A program made the translations under genes and the position numbers. A stretch of DNA of 61,967 bases, counting the filler, from a candidate division WOR-3 bacterium (lineage in GTDB: Bacteria > SDB-A): assembly GCA_016934535.1 (NCBI GenBank). It is 5 parts of 5 records of this genome, joined end to end, with 100 filler letters (N's around TTAATTAATTAA, not from the genome) between each part and the next. Parts side by side here need not be neighbours in the genome. Positions count along the whole stretch, not along the records: positions 60,437 to 61,967 come from JAFGSQ010000016.1; 4 more parts are not named here. One strand, 5' to 3'. This document shows positions 60,472 to 61,967 of this stretch, one piece after another. Position 1 is the first letter of the stretch. The number at the start of each line of letters is the position of its first letter. A model generated the notes under the pieces. That model had not been told where the DNA came from, did no database searches, and saw only the letters and a program-made list of their open reading frames with translations.

Positions 60472-61967
60472 ATGCAGAGACAGGATTTCAGAACCGAGAC
60501 AAAAAAACTTCTGGACATAGTCATACACTCGCTCTATTCGAAAAAAGAGATTTTTTTAAGAGAACTTATATCGAATTCATCCGACGCCATAAACAGACTG
60601 AGGTTCCTGGCTCTCACTGAAGACAATGTTCTTAAAACTCAGGATTCTTTTACAATTGAGATAATTCCAGACAAAAACAACAACACTCTCACTGTAAAAG
60701 ACAACGGTATAGGAATGACAAAATCTGAAATTGACGAAAATCTCGGTACTATTGCCCGTTCAGGAACCAGAAGCTATTTGGAAAATCTTTCCAAAAACGA
60801 TCTGAAAAGCCTTCCGGATCTTATAGGCCAGTTCGGAGTCGGTTTTTACAGCGCGTTTATGGTCGCAAAAAAAATTGAAGTGAAAAGCAAGAGCTATAAG
60901 CCTGATGAACCTGCCGTATTATGGACTTCGGAAGTAAATGATTACACTTACGAAATCACAGACTGCGACAAAAACGACAGGGGAACCGAGATCGTTCTTC
61001 ATCTTAATAAGGAAGAAACCGATTTTCTCGAAGATTGGAAAATCACAGAAACAGTCAAAAGATTTTCGGATTTCGTCGATTATCCCATAATGCTTTTCAC
61101 AGGTAAAGAAAAGAAACAGGTGAACTCTCAAAAAGCTCTGTGGCAGTACAAAAAAGACGAAATTACCCCCAACGAATACTCTGAATTTTATAAATCGATT
61201 TCCTTGGATTTCAACGAGCCCCTTTCCGTTATTCACTATAAAGCCGAAGGAAAACAGGAGTTTACCGCCCTGGCTTTCATTCCGTCAGAACGCCCGGCCA
61301 TTTCATTTTTTGACGACATAAAATCCGGAATGAGCCTATACGTAAACAGGATCCTCATTCTTTCTCACAGCGAGGAAATTCTGCCTCACTACCTTCGGTT
61401 TGTGTCAGGTGTAATTGACAGCACCGATCTGCCTTTGAACATTTCCAGAGAACTGCTTCAGGAAAACAGAAAACTGATGCAGATCAAACAGAACATCGCA
61501 AAAAAAATACTCTCAGAGCTCGAAAAAGTAAAAAATGACAAAAGAGACGCGTACTTAAAGTTCTTTATCAGCTACGGACAATATCTGAAAGAGGGTGCGC
61601 TGTCAGATATTTCGAACAGGGAAAAACTTCTGGAACTCATGCTTTTTTCGACTTCTTCGACCGGTGAAGGCAAATTCAGAGATCTTGGTGATTATGTCTC
61701 ATCCATGCCTGAAGGTCAGAGTGAGATATATTATCTCGTCGCAGAATCCGAGGATTTAGCAAGAAAATCACCGTCTCAGGAGATGTTAAAATCCAAAGGT
61801 TTTGAGATTCTCTATTTTCTTCCGGGAATTGACGAGATACTTGTCCAGAGTATTGGAAAATATAAAGATCACAGTTTTGTTTCAGTTTCCGAAGAGACTA
61901 CGACCCGGAATGAAACTGTCAGCCCTGAAGAAATCGATCGTTTCAAAGGGCTTCTCGAGTTCATCAA
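60472..61967 (+). CDS. htpG: Chaperone HtpG (Hsp90), runs off window
   Basis: AAGGAGG RBS; HSLYSKKEIFLRELISNSSDA, DNGIGM, NLGTIARSG, IGQFGVGFYSAF, DLPLNISRE. Confidence 0.95.
   Translation, partial: MQRQDFRTETKKLLDIVIHSLYSKKEIFLRELISNSSDAINRLRFLALTEDNVLKTQDSFTIEIIPDKNNNTLTVKDNGIGMTKSEIDENLGTIARSGTRSYLENLSKNDLKSLPDLIGQFGVGFYSAFMVAKKIEVKSKSYKPDEPAVLWTSEVNDYTYEITDCDKNDRGTEIVLHLNKEETDFLEDWKITETVKRFSDFVDYPIMLFTGKEKKQVNSQKALWQYKKDEITPNEYSEFYKSISLDFNEPLSVIHYKAEGKQEFTALAFIPSERPAISFFDDIKSGMSLYVNRILILSHSEEILPHYLRFVSGVIDSTDLPLNISRELLQENRKLMQIKQNIAKKILSELEKVKNDKRDAYLKFFISYGQYLKEGALSDISNREKLLELMLFSTSSTGEGKFRDLGDYVSSMPEGQSEIYYLVAESEDLARKSPSQEMLKSKGFEILYFLPGIDEILVQSIGKYKDHSFVSVSEETTTRNETVSPEEIDRFKGLLEFI

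Noticed and set aside
60919-61236. Minus-strand 105-aa ORF
   Set aside because: Antisense to htpG
1-61967. CRISPR arrays, rRNA, IS, integrase or prophage genes
   Set aside because: None seen; intergenic spaces are short and lack spaced direct repeats

Overview
Five concatenated contigs of a diderm bacterium, joined by artificial N44-TTAATTAATTAA-N44 linkers at 10220-10319, 15738-15837, 34568-34667 and 60337-60436; adjacency across linkers is meaningless. An FCB-like lineage is inferred from beta-barrel, TolC and T9SS-like C-terminal domains. Contig 1: archaeal-type gatE-gatD upstream of folC, an outer-membrane barrel/transglutaminase-pair/rfbB cluster, a GNAT and a tRNA(CAT). Contig 2: secreted protein, three Hsp20 genes, PASTA protein, GHL10 hydrolase and an atypical tRNA-Glu. 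Contig 3: glmS-glmM, M6-type protease, the origin region (dnaA-dnaN, DnaA boxes), PBP1A, rsmG with two perfect parS sites and a partial cyclase-ATPase. Contig 4: tRNA-Sec, divergent from a secreted-protein gene with one in-frame TGA (Cys-UGA-Gly-Gly) followed by a SECIS-like hairpin, then HD protein, panE, thiM-thiE, MarR/RND efflux and the S10-spc-alpha cluster to the end of tuf. Contig 5: partial htpG. Top candidates are the putative secreted selenoprotein paired with an apparently 7/5 tRNA-Sec, and GatDE in a bacterial operon. All calls come from motif reading by eye; no searches were run.
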